Shown here piece by piece: positions 1 through 12,062 of a stretch of 64,000 nucleotides of DNA. The notes beneath the pieces are model-generated. The model was not told the origin of the DNA, ran no database searches, and was given only the letters and a program-made list of their open reading frames with translations. A program made the translations under genes and the position numbers. The stretch covers positions 152,334,001 to 152,398,000 of the forward strand of contig JBITNC010000001.1 of the NCBI GenBank assembly GCA_050084985.1, given 5' to 3'. Origin of the DNA: Nageia nagi. Lineage: Eukaryota > Plantae > Pinophyta. Position 1 is the first letter of the stretch. Each line of letters starts with the position of its first letter.

Positions 1-1291
1 TAGCCAAATATATAAGAATCCCTCAAGGTTGGGCATCCACACACCCCTCAAGGAGACGTCATGCTTGGGCGTCCAAATTGTGCCTCGAAATCAATCAAAA
101 TCATGCATTATGCCTTGGGATTCGTATCATCTCCTAATCTATACTTAGGAGGGAGATGTCCCACTTTGGAGCTCACAATTGGTCCATGGGACCCATATGT
201 CTCCTATCCCAAGTTATAATGATGCCTAAGTACACATGCAACAAATAAATAAACACTCCTAACTACGAAAGTACTCCTAAAAGGGACAATTTATAAAAGT
301 GGATGTTATGGTCCTCTCTTCCCGAATTGCTTGACCCCAATCAATGTTATATTGTTGCATACCATCAACTTTGCAAGGTGATGAAGTTTTGTCTTCAATA
401 CTTCATTGGCAACATCAAGATCCATACATGTTGTGATTGTGTTCTGAAGTACCATCTTTAGCATGTCATCTTCGTTCATCATGTTCTTCATATGAGCATA
501 TATGAAATCTACTAACTCATTATTCTTGAACTTGGCTTTGATGCAGTATTGATCACAATCTGAAAATGCAAGGGAAGTAATGACTTGAAAGATCCCTTAA
601 TAATCTCAAGTGTAAATTACCCAAATAATTATCAAATAATAACAAACTACACCCTTAAATATGCCACGTCTGGACTAGGGCATCAAACACATGCAAAAAC
701 AAGCCAGGAATGCTAACGATCCACTTAACAAGCAAGAATATCACCCAAATGCCCAATGTAATGCACAATGAGAAAAGATTGCACCAAACACACACAATTA
801 TGAGACAAGAATGAGATCCAAGTATGCCACGGCTTCAATTAGCAACATAATGATGAGTACAATACTGAACTGGTCCAAGAGGGCTCAACGTTGGCCACCA
901 AGGAGCCAACTAGGTCATACGGATATACAAATATGATCACTGCTGGAACAATGGATGGGAAAACTACACTCCCTCAAGATCTGAATCCTCCCGAGTCTCG
1001 GTACGCAATGATAGGGTCAACATTGCTTGTTGGAATTGTAATGGTACAATGTGGTCCTCATCGGGCACCTTCCAGGATGTGGTATCTTCTCGAGACCTTA
1101 TCTTTCTTATAGAGACCCATGAGAGCCCCGAACGAGCACTCCCTTGCATCACAGGTTTCTATTGGCTTTCGGCATTCAGATAGGACACTCGACGCACAGG
1201 AGGGGTTCGTGGTTCAAGAGGCGTAGCTTGCCTCATTGTTTTCGCATCTCCCTACTGTCAGCAAACCCCCACTCACGATTCATGTGGATCC

Positions 1292-2411
1292 TGATCCATA
1301 GCATATAAGATTAAAATTTCAATTTAACCTTTTCTTAGGATCAATTCACACTTAAAACAATTAAGTGCTTGTAAAGTAAAATCAAGATCAAATTTGTAAA
1401 CACAGAGAAGAGAAAAGCATTCACCATAAAAAGAGACAAGCAAAATTATCCTGGTTCACCCAGTGTGGGCTACATCCAGCTCAAAAGCTCTCTACTATCA
1501 GTGGGTGGAATCACTTTACAAGGCCTCCATGGTCCTTCAAAACCTCCTCTCACATTCACAACACACTCACAGCTCTGAAAATCACAACAAGAACTGAAAA
1601 CAACTTTCTTGAAATCCTCCTCTCCTCTCACGTCCAATTTGCTCCCCTTTTATACAATTTTGGGGGCTAAAATTGGAGAGTATTACAACTAGGAAATTTG
1701 ATACAAAACCTATTTTCAGATACCCATTAACCTCCTTGGTCTTCCTGTCAAATTTGGGCTCAAATGGTTGTAAAACTCTCCCCAAAATGAACTCTAAAAT
1801 CGAAATAATACGCTCACTAGATTGTTTCAGGCTTACAGAATTAACTCAGCCTAATAATAGGACCTTAGGCGAATTAAAATCACCATAAACCTTTGAAAAC
1901 ACCAAAAATACATTAAAAAAACCTAACATTGGGCGGGTGCACTATGGTGACGACACATGGCGCGCTTAGAGGAAGTCAACCTCCTGTTGACTGGCGGCTG
2001 GCGGTCTTGGCTGGCGGTCCGACGGGGGCGTGGATGGTCTCGCGTGCGGCTTGGTGGCAGGCGGACGATCTCGCGGTCAACCGGGCTCATCCTCCACGCA
2101 GGCCTCCACGGTGGCAGGCGGGTCCCTCTTTCACCTGCGGTCAAACTCCACGCGGTCTTCCTCCTACGTGGTCCGGCGGGTGGCTGGCGGGTCCCGCCAA
2201 AAACATTATATATACATATTTTTTTTCTTTTTTTTTATCCTTTTAATTTTTTTTTCTCAAAATACTCAAACGGAATTAATATCATATCTTCCACATACGG
2301 ACTCGGATTCACGATCCGAAAGAAGCGTCGGAAAGCTGAAGACAAGGCGATCACAATGAACACACTGAAATGGAGATTACTGAATGTCGAAGGGATCCAA
2401 ATTTTGGATCA
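1292..2411 (-). mobile_element. Solo LTR (1,120 bp) inserted in the LINE endonuclease
   Basis: Perfect 7-bp inverted ends TGATCCA...TGGATCA. Perfect TSD GATCC (1287-1291 / 2412-2416). TATAAAAGGG on the minus strand near 1645-1654. Confidence 0.88.
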
Positions 2412-2763
2412 GATCCGGAGTAGCCTTCCTACTGATCGAGATGTCTTTCTCGTTGTTTGCTACTTCCCACATGCTTCCTCTTCGTATGCTCTTCACACGG
2501 ATGGAGACCCATTCATAGACCTCTACAGGGACATCACACATTTTTCTTCTATGGGAGATGTCATCATCTTAGGAGATTTTAAGATTCATGTGGATCCGGA
2601 GTAGCCTTCCTACTGATCGAGATGTCTTTCTCGCTGTTTGCTACTTCCCACATGCTTCCTCTTCGTATGCTCTTCACACGGATGGAGACCCATTCATAGA
2701 CCTCTACAGGGACATCACACATTTTTCTTCTATGGGAGATGTCATCATCTTAGGAGATTTTAA
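2412..2763 (+). repeat. 181-bp tandem duplication inside the LINE endonuclease
   Basis: 2412-2582 is repeated at 2593-2763 with one visible mismatch (gttgttt/gctgttt). Confidence 0.92.
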
Positions 2764-5386
2764 TGCCAAGACAGGGGATTGTCAGACACCTATACATGAG
2801 CTAGAGGATGATGCGTTTTGTACACGAGATTAGGACCTATATGATTTTGGCATGCAGAGGACGTCACCAGATAGGAATACTCCTGTTACAGCCTATGGCC
2901 AACACCTACTTCACCTTGTTGAGTCCCATGGACTCTTCATTCTTAATGGGCTCTCATGCTTTCCTGACTCCAATGGATTCACATGTTTTCCCCACAGTGG
3001 AGGAGTGAGTGTAGTGGACTATGTCTTGGCTAGCATGCATTTGGTCACACGTATGTAGGATCTCTCTGTCTCTTGCCGCCTCCCCCTTGCTGATCATGCG
3101 GCCATCTCCTTTATTCTCCTCGTGAATCCCACCCCCACACCACCCTCTTATCAACCCCCCGCCTTGAGGCCCTCATGCTCTCACCTTCACATGATCCTCT
3201 TTAGCATCGATTTGGCCGACCAGTACACTACTTGTCTCTCCACACTTCTTTCTACGAGGCCCAGACCATCTCCTCCTCGTTCCATCGCCTCCGCTACTAC
3301 CACTTATGAGTTTTTATCCAGTGTCATGGATCCTATCCTAGGAATCGTTGGTTCAATGCAGGGTGTAAGTCCATGCACCAGAGACTCCATTTCACCCTCA
3401 CCCATGACCTTTCTTCTGTGCCTTACATCAAGGCAGAATATCGTGGGCTCCTTCGCTGCAAGAAATGCCATTTTCTTGCCACTATCGACAGTCCCTCATC
3501 GACTCCCTCCACCACTCCCCAAAGACCTTTTGGGACACCCTCCTCCCGAGGAAACCCCCCCTTCTGACATCGATTCTCAGTCTTGGGTTTCTTATGCTTG
3601 TTCACTTTACAATATCCCCACCCATCACACTCCGCACATCTCTTCGTCCCCTCCCGCATGCCAACTATTTTGTAGAGAAGTTGTTCAGAGAGCCATTCGA
3701 AAACTGTGTGCCGGAAAGGCAACTGATTGTGAGGGTTTGCAGGTTGAGTTATTGAAATATGGGAGTGACATACTTGCCTCCCCCATTGCTGACTTATTTA
3801 ATGAGGTCGTGTGTTCGGGTTTCCCCCTTCTTGGTCACAACACATCATTCATCCCATCCACAAGGTAGGAGATTGTTCCGACTTGAACAATTACAAGACC
3901 ATCATGATCGGGCACACTTTGCCAAGCTCTATGCCACAGTTTTAGACATGATGTTATCGGACCACCTAGAGTAGCATGGTCTTCGAGCACGAGGGCATGG
4001 CGGGTTTAGGAAAGATTTTTAGACTATCGACCATATTTTCACACTTCGAGCTATCATTGAGGAAGCTCGACATATGTCCTCTAAGGTCTTCTGTTGTTTT
4101 GTTGACTTCAGGAAGGCCTTCAACAAAATCCCACAACATCTACTCTTCTAGAGACTACAGACTATTGGTATCTTTGATACCTTTGTTACTGCCATTTTGA
4201 GACTCTATGAGATAGTTATTGGTCGTTTTCGGATAGCTAATGGTTTTTCTGACATGGTCTCTAGCACTATTGGGGTTAAGCAGGGGTGCTCTCTATCACC
4301 CACTCTCTTTGGCTTATATATTGATGACCTGGAGGACTTCCTCTGGCTACACATAGACAGAGATGATAGTTGTCTACTCTACCATAGTCAGATTGCTATA
4401 CTACTTTTTGCGGATGATGTGATCCTCCTATCACACTCCCCAGAGGGCCTCTAGCGACAGTTAGATGCTCTTGCCCTTTTTTGCAACTAGAAACATTTTA
4501 GTCAACCTCAGTAAAACCAAGGCCATGATCTTTAATACCTCTAGGGCTACTCTATCTAGCTTCCATTTTTACTATAGAGGTGAGACGGTTGAGATTTCTA
4601 CCACTTAAACTTACTTGGGAGTTCAGTTCTCCGGGCCATCTTTCAGCCTGAAGCCAGCCTAACAGACACGCCTCAGCAAGGGATACGCTTCACTCTCCGT
4701 CTTGGAGCGCCAATGCTTCTAGATACACTTCCAGAATATCCCTTCGAAGCTACGCTTGTTTAATACCCTCATTATACCTACCATTCTTTATGGTTCAGAG
4801 GTCTGGGGTCCTAGCTTTGGGCCGATTGAGTGGTCACACATTGAGAGAGTTCAGACCATCATGCTCCAGTGTATGATTTGTTGTAAGCGGACAAATCCCC
4901 AATGCATTGTCCAGAGTGAGTTTGCCGTCTAGCCGCTTCGCCTTGAGACCATATTCAGGCTTGGGTCCTTCATCCATAGACTCAGACAATTTGGCGACTC
5001 TGCCACTAGCCGTGAGAGGTATCCTTTTCTTGCTTTATGCTCATAAGAGAGAATTGCATCACTTGGCACTACTAGGTTGAGACAGTGTTGGTACTCCGAG
5101 GCCGATTTCATACTACAGTCGGTGGGCATTTTGATTGATCGACTCCCATCCTTCAGCCCCACATTGGCTACCCCACGACCCTCGAGGGTTACGCGCCATC
5201 GATCTATCAGAGAGGATATCTGTCGCCACTATATTCAGGTCACTTGGATCTCTCTCTCGCATCCTCTCAGCCCCAAGTTGGCTTTCTATGTCGAGCATTT
5301 TTTGCAGCTTGCTGATGGCCTCATTGTCATGTTGACCTACCTCCAGCACTAGTGGTCTTCTGGGTTGAGGGTTCCTCTCGGCTAGA

Positions 5387-6345
5387 AAGGAATAATGAGT
5401 TAAGGAGAACATTCGAGTCCACTTAATCATGAGTGTTTGATTTCTAGGGCTTTGTCAATGTGTCGACCATGACTCATTTCTACATGACAGTAGTAGTTCT
5501 TCCTTGGATTTCAATGATACATTCTTCATTGCCCTCACAGGGGCAAGTTGTACCAATCAAGTCGGTGCACCATGCTTTCAAAATCAGCTATAGTCACAAT
5601 AAGATGTAGTCAACGACAAATTAGAAGGATTACAATTGGGAAGTATAGTAGTTCGAAGATAATAACTTTCCAAACCTTGGTGCTGATTGTACTTAGTTAA
5701 TGTGTAATTTAGCATAGTTGTAATTATGATTTGTACATTTGTAAATAGTTTCTTACACTGTTCTTAGCCAATAGAGTAAATAAATGCAATAATGGTGGAC
5801 AACCACCCGATTGTAGATGTAAATATATAAATAGTGTATTGTTATAGGTCCAAGGGTAAGACATTCTAGCAAATTTGCCCACTGTATGAGATGCTTTATG
5901 TGTGATAATACAATATGATGATGCTTTCCACTTCACATTTTATGGCTGTTCATTATGTTTTGGTAAATGTTATGCATAAACTATTTTTTTAAGTTGTGGT
6001 TGTGTATTGTGATTGTGCGACCCCAAGAGTAAGATAGTTTGCTATTCATAATCTTGGCTATGGATTGCTTCCTATGTGGTAATGCCCAGGCTAGTTAGTT
6101 TTAGTTTACTTTTTTTATCTTGTTCATTTGTCTCTTTCCTGTTACTCTCATCTTTTATCTCTTTCCAGTTACTTTTGACCTTACTATAGATAGGAACCGG
6201 CCTATAATCTAGAGATTGAGCAAAAAACCCCAATGAGCGCACTCTCCCACCACCTTCTGCTCTTTCAAGGACCCTATTGTTGCGGGAAATGGAGAACACA
6301 ACCAGACCAAACCCTTGAGGTTACATTATACCAATCAATAGAAAC
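5387..6345. mobile_element. Unclassified insertion interrupting the LINE C-terminus (approximate ends)
   Basis: LINE frame LRVPLG stops at ~5386 and resumes with HQLHIET at ~6358. The intervening DNA is AT-rich and LTR-like. No clear TSD. Confidence 0.5.
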
Positions 6346-9300
6346 TAGTTTTGCTCACACCAGCTTCATATCGAGACTGACCATCATATCCCTCGGATGG
6401 AAAGAACCTGCCCCCTTTGTTCACTATAGGAGATAGAGAACGAGGAGCAGTTGATCTTCAAATGCCCCATCTACTATGAGAGGTGGGGGCGATATTATTG
6501 CTTATTTAGAGTCTCGAGGCTCGGTATCCACCTTCGCTATCCTGACCAGAGATGTCTAGCACTCTTCGTGCGTGAGATTACTCTTTTCAAGCGAGCATCC
6601 TTATAGAGATCCACAAAGGCCCTCCAAACCACCAGGTTGATCAGTTCTTTCTTCCAGCCTACCTTGGGTCTCGCAGATAGGAAATGCTCTCCAGATAGTG
6701 TTCTATCGCATACCCACGAGCTTAGGTCGACACGACGCCATCTTGCTCCTCAGACCACTACCAGATAGTCATAGCTCGGACGACAGAATTACATCATTGG
6801 CTTTTTCTCCTCCACGGGTGTTCCTTCAGTCTTAGATGTTGCGAGAGACTCATGAGCCTTGCTTAGCCCTTCTGGCCCAGGGCCCTTTGTACCTAGAGTG
6901 ATTGGATCTACATTTGATGATTGAGGATGTTGGTCCTTTTGGTTTCTTGATGTATTATAGCGTAGCTTTAGTGCTTCTTGCTTTTGCTTTTTTGGTTTCT
7001 TGGGTTTCTCACCCTTACATTTCCTGCATTTAGCTAGATTGTACTTTTCGAGTCCCATTGACCTATTTTGGTGACTCGAGGACATTAATACTATTTCTAT
7101 TTCTATTTCTCCATCGAAGAAGCTCTCTCCAAACCTTGGAACAACTAAATGGTAGGATGGCAACCTCAGAATACCACCAGTTGGACTAAGACACTACACC
7201 TTAGCCGTAGATTAGCAAGATCCCTCAGCCTGCTAACCCTCCTAGATGCTGCACCTAGGCTAAGGTTGCTTGACGTTGCGCCAAAACTTATGTCCTCTAG
7301 ACGGAAGAAGAGATAATATAAAATTCAATATATCCATGCAATGATGTGAATCTCCTTTATATAACAATCCCTGGATTTGGATCTCACCTAGAAATCATAG
7401 CCTCCTAGAGACCCTCAAATGCCCAAATGTGGGGTTAGATGTGTCCTAGGTATCATACATATTGTCAAAATCATATTAATTACAAGATCCAATGGCTAGA
7501 TATGCAATGCCTCATTATTGGAGACTAATATTGCATTTACAATTATTAATTGCCTTGGAATCATGTATTACAACTCATACAAGTGGCCCTCATAAAACAT
7601 ACTAAATCCACTCTTAATTACCAAGCTCACACCTAAATACAATCTATAACTAACTCATATCCCAAAGAGTGGGACATCACATTTCAAGGGGTAAATATGG
7701 AGATATTTTTGGATTTCCGTGAGCTGCTGCAATATGGAAGACTAGTCCAACTAGAGAACTTCAAGAGGCCATAACTCTTTCGTTTCCTGATGAAACCATG
7801 TCGTGTAACCTATCAAAACGTTTCCCACGAGATGCCCTATCCAATGAACAAATCAAATCAACTCTCCATGAGCTGTGGCAAACTCTATCCTCGAATAATT
7901 CATCCTAAGCTTGGGAGGAAGATGTCCCACTTTGAGGCTCACAATGTGGGTCCATAGGACCATTATATTCTATCCCAAGTAACTAGCAACAAAATCACAA
8001 ATACATAAATGAATAAATAAATATTTAAAAGGAGGGAATCCTTAAGATTCCTCAATTAATTATCTTTTACCAAAGAAGATGTTACATGACCCCTCTCTCT
8101 AACTCCATGCCACCCAAGTAGCATACTAACCTCCAACATGTTTCAACGTTTGGTAGGCAGGTTGCCAACGTTGTGTCTTCACCTACTTTCTTTAGATATG
8201 TATGAAATCTCATCCAATCATCTTCGAACTAAGCTCCAACTACAGCAAATGAATTAGTCCTAACAACGTTCATGGATGCCCATGCAATGCCCCTTCTTGC
8301 TTCTGATTGTATTGCTACCATGCTCCCCTCCAACATAGCCCATGGGAAATGGTAGGAAGCTACCAAGATTTGACCAAAGGACCCCCAATTTGCAGCAACC
8401 ATACCATTATCAAGTACAACCATGATATCACCAAGTGCCATCAATAAATCTGTTTCATCTCGGATGCCTTCAATCCTGCAGTGAGAGTTTTTCCAAGTAA
8501 TATTGAAGAAGATGATTAATGCCCCCTTGCTTAGCTAGCAAAGTAGAAACCCAAACACCTGCCATTTTGCCAATCATTAAGGCAAACCCCCACGCATGCA
8601 TACTAGTGTCCAAGTTGTCATCCAAAGGAACAAGTGTCGAAGGGAGGTTAGTAACAATCCTCAAAACTTCCATTGGTTGCGGAGAAGCCACAATGTCCAA
8701 GCATGTGTCCCCAGCCTATCAAATATGGAACTTGAGAGTGCTATAATTTCCTCATTGTTTCCAACTTTTTCCCGGACTCTATCATAACCCAAACTCAAAA
8801 TATAGTTAGGAATCAACAAAACAAGTATATCATAGGAGTCATACCTTTCACTAAGGCCTTCAGGGTCAACCCTTGCAACATCCAAGTGAACAAAAGGGTG
8901 GACAAGATGCATCAAGGCAGGGGTTGGCCTTTCCAATTTCATCAATCTACTCTCATTTAAGCTCCCCAACATTTGGCACCCTTCTACTGTTGGAGTTGAC
9001 TTCTCATCATCACATGACCTTTCCCAGGCGACTCCTTTCATGGCTAGTGTGACGTCCCTTGGTCTAGCCGTCCCTCTTCATGCACCACCTCTAAACGATT
9101 GGATGATGCCTAGGGAAAGTAGTCCTTGATGTAGAATACCATCCAAATTATATAACCATTGTACACTCAAAATCAGATGTAGAATACCATCCAAGGGGTA
9201 GATGTAGAAGTCCTCCCTAGCCACATAATCTTGGACTCTTACACCAAATTTTTCCACTATCTTGTCCATTAGCGTAAGCTTTCCATTTGCATTGGTCACG

Positions 9301-11175
9301 TGGAAGCCTTCAAACTCCTTGGTCTTAAGGCCCTTTTTCCGCACAAAAACTTCTCATCGATGAAGTTGTGCATGGCTCCTAGATCTCTCAACACCATCAC
9401 CTTCTGATTGGTGGCCATTCCCGTGACCATCAACGTGAAGTATTTGGGCACTCCACAAAGTGGTGCAATCATCCCTCCTATCGTAGTCTTACTATCCTAA
9501 GTAGGATGTTCTTGCTACAAATCCTATCCTCCCTAATCCAACTCCAGATTTGAATCATCGTCCTCAGAAATCACCTCAATATAATGGACTTCTTCCTTGC
9601 CCAAACACCTGTGACCACGCTCCCAAGGCTGCTTGCAACTGAAGCATACGTTCTTCCTCAATTCGTTTCTTGACTCTAGGCTTGCCGTGCTTTCTCTTGG
9701 CAGCTGGCTCCTCTTAACGGGTGGAGGTCCCATCTCCAACGTCCCTCTTCCAGATGTCCCCATCCTAGGTGGCATGGCGACTTTAGCCCTCATCATGCCA
9801 TGCTCCAAATCCAACTCTCTATTGATGGCGTCTTGTAGCTGCATTAGGGAGAAGGCCTTGACCAATCCCCTCAATGGTTTCACCAGACCCTCCGTGAAGA
9901 GGAAGGTGACCCTCTTCTCTGAGATGCTAAGGACCATCACAACAATTCGTTGAAATTCTGCCACATACTCTTCTATATATCCTCTTTGTTTTACTGTTGT
10001 CAGGTTTTTGAGATAATCATTCTCATCTTTCCTGTCAAACCAATCCATTATCCTTTGATTGAACACATCAAAATAAGTGATTGCTCCATGACCTTGCATG
10101 GTCATGCCATGTTGCCACTATTCATATGCTATGCCATCCAAGTGTAGGGTGGCAAATCATATGGCGCCCTCCTTCATCATGGAATTAAGCGTGAAATAAG
10201 TCTGTAGCTTTTGTACCAATGCCCTGGCAGTCATCTCGTCTCTCCCATCAAACAAAGGCACCTACATTCTACTTAGCCGTTGTTGTAGATCCCTCCTATC
10301 CTCCTAAGATCCACCATGCGCATAGCTCCCACTAGCTTTCTTGCCTAAGAACTCCAAATACATGGAAAAGGTCACATTGCTTTTGAACTCTGGTGTGTTC
10401 GAGGAGTATTCCTGGTACAACTAATTAAGCTGTAATGGTGAAATCGAGTTTGTGCTACTTTCCTGCCTTGGCAAAAACATGGGCTTGCTGGGACGTGGTA
10501 GAGGTGGAGATGCCGCAGTCATCTTCGAGGTGTCTCTCTTCAGGAATCTCTCCCATATCGGTTCTCCAGTTAAGGGATCTCTGGTAGATCCTGTCTCGAA
10601 TAGGGAGTATCCCCCATTATCCACCATTCTGGCAGACTTGGATCTCTGAAAAATGGGTTCTCTTCGCTCAAACCTTGGGCCTTCTTGGTCAAGCCCTAGA
10701 CCTCCAGATCTATGCAAAAAAGCCTCGTCTCCCGGTTCTTTCTCACGAGATCTATGCAAGGATGCTTTCCCTCCTCCTGGCTCCTTCTCACGAGCAAAAG
10801 TGGATCTCTGTGTAAGAGGCGTCCTAGGGCTTCCTCTAGGTCCCACGTCCCTCTCTTCACCTCCCTTCTAGTTGTGCACTCATTTTGTTGTTGCATTTGA
10901 CCAGCATTTGCCTTCATCATTGTTAGCAGATCATCAAACTTCTTCTCTGTTGGATCGTTGGGCGAGATCTCTCTTTCCTTATGTGCTTTTTCCTCTCCAT
11001 GCACATGCTCTAGCTTATTCATCTAGCTTTTTCAGACTAGATATCCATGTTGCCTTCTTGCCTCCTCCTTAGATCTGGTTTGAGGTGCCATGGTCGAATT
11101 ATTTCCCTTTTGCCTTTGGTAAACTTTCTTAGTTGATTGCATTCAACAACCCTCCCACAAGATGGCAGCATTATA

Positions 11176-11187
11176 GCTTTGATACCA
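11176..11187 (-). promoter_or_regulatory. Primer binding site, tRNA-Met type (TGGTATCAAAGC)
   Basis: Directly adjacent to the LTR end at 11189. One mismatch from the canonical TGGTATCAGAGC. Confidence 0.85.
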
Positions 11188-12062
11188 TTGTAACGTCCCT
11201 AAATTATTGTTATCCCAAAATTATTAATAAACGCAATAATTCAAGAAATGAGCAAGAACGAACAATTACAACATAAAAATATATAATATAGAAGCGGAGA
11301 TGAGAGAGAAATGCCAACGTATCGATATTAAGCGTGAAATGGTCAAGATAAAACCAAATAGGCCCAAGAGGCTCGATGTATGGCTCAAGGGATCAAATCT
11401 AGGGCATGCACTCTCCAAATACTATTGGAAGTTGTCATCACATTGCTAGGACCTTCAATTTTTGGATCTAGCTACAAGTCTGGATGATCTAAGGTTTTCA
11501 TCCTTATCCAATAGCCTAGTGAGGGTTACGTCCCACTATAAGAGGCTCAAGAGATGGCGCTGCCACTCCGAAGATAGAAGATATCAAATAATGCTCAAGA
11601 TCCTCCCAATGCTGTGCTAGCCAAATATATAAGAATCCCTCAAGGTTGGGCATCCACACACCCCTCAAGGAGAAGTCATGCTTGGGCATTCGGATTGTGC
11701 CTTGGGATCACTCCAAATCAGGCGACTAGCTTCTAATCATGTGTTATGCCTTATGCTCCTAATCTATACTTAGGAGGGAGATGTCCCACTTTGGGGCTCA
11801 CAATTGGTCCATGTGACCCACATGTCTCCTATCCCAAGTTACAATGATGCCATAGTACACATGTAACAAATAAGTAAATACTCCTTACTACAAAAATACC
11901 CCTAAAAGGGACGGCTTCTAAAAGGGGATGTTACATTTTGTGACTGTTATTTTTCAAATCAGTAGCTGAAAAATTAATGTACATGCTTGGAAACAAGATT
12001 GAATGTTGAATGTTACCTTGTTGACTGAAAACATGAGGTAGCCCAAACCTGTATGCTATGTG

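Larger units (their letters stand above)
992..7110 (+). mobile_element. Degenerate LINE with APE endonuclease, RT and C-terminal CCHC (RTE/RTEX-like)
   Basis: APE motifs ACWNCNG, LIFLIETH, ILGDFNAKTG, SVVDY. RT motifs KQGCSLSPTLFGLYIDDL and LLFADD. CPLC..ENEEQLIFKC at ~6410-6470. 3' hairpin at 7048-7079 and (CTATTT)3 tail at 7091-7110. Many stops and frameshifts. Confidence 0.88.
586..8086 (-). mobile_element. Solo LTR (586-991 + 7111-8086) split by a LINE insertion
   Basis: Both halves match the reverse complement of the solo LTR at 26467-27660. Ends TGAAAGATCCC...GATGTTACA. Near-TSD tgact/tgacc. Confidence 0.75.
1..11935 (-). mobile_element. Gypsy-type non-autonomous LTR element (gag-protease only, TR-GAG-like), 3' end beyond window start
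   Basis: 5' LTR 11189-11935 (TGTAAC...GTTACA). Bases 1-310 match 11618-11935 (3' LTR). PBS at 11176-11187, purine tract at 311-323. Degenerate gag at 9533-11022 (CFSCKQPWERGHRC knuckle) and protease at ~9130-9490. No RT/RNase H/integrase seen. Confidence 0.85.

Noticed and set aside
1923-2604. GC-rich, Arg-rich ORFs as a novel gene
   Set aside because: They come from the GC-rich part of the solo LTR 1292-2411 and run into the LINE endonuclease by chance.
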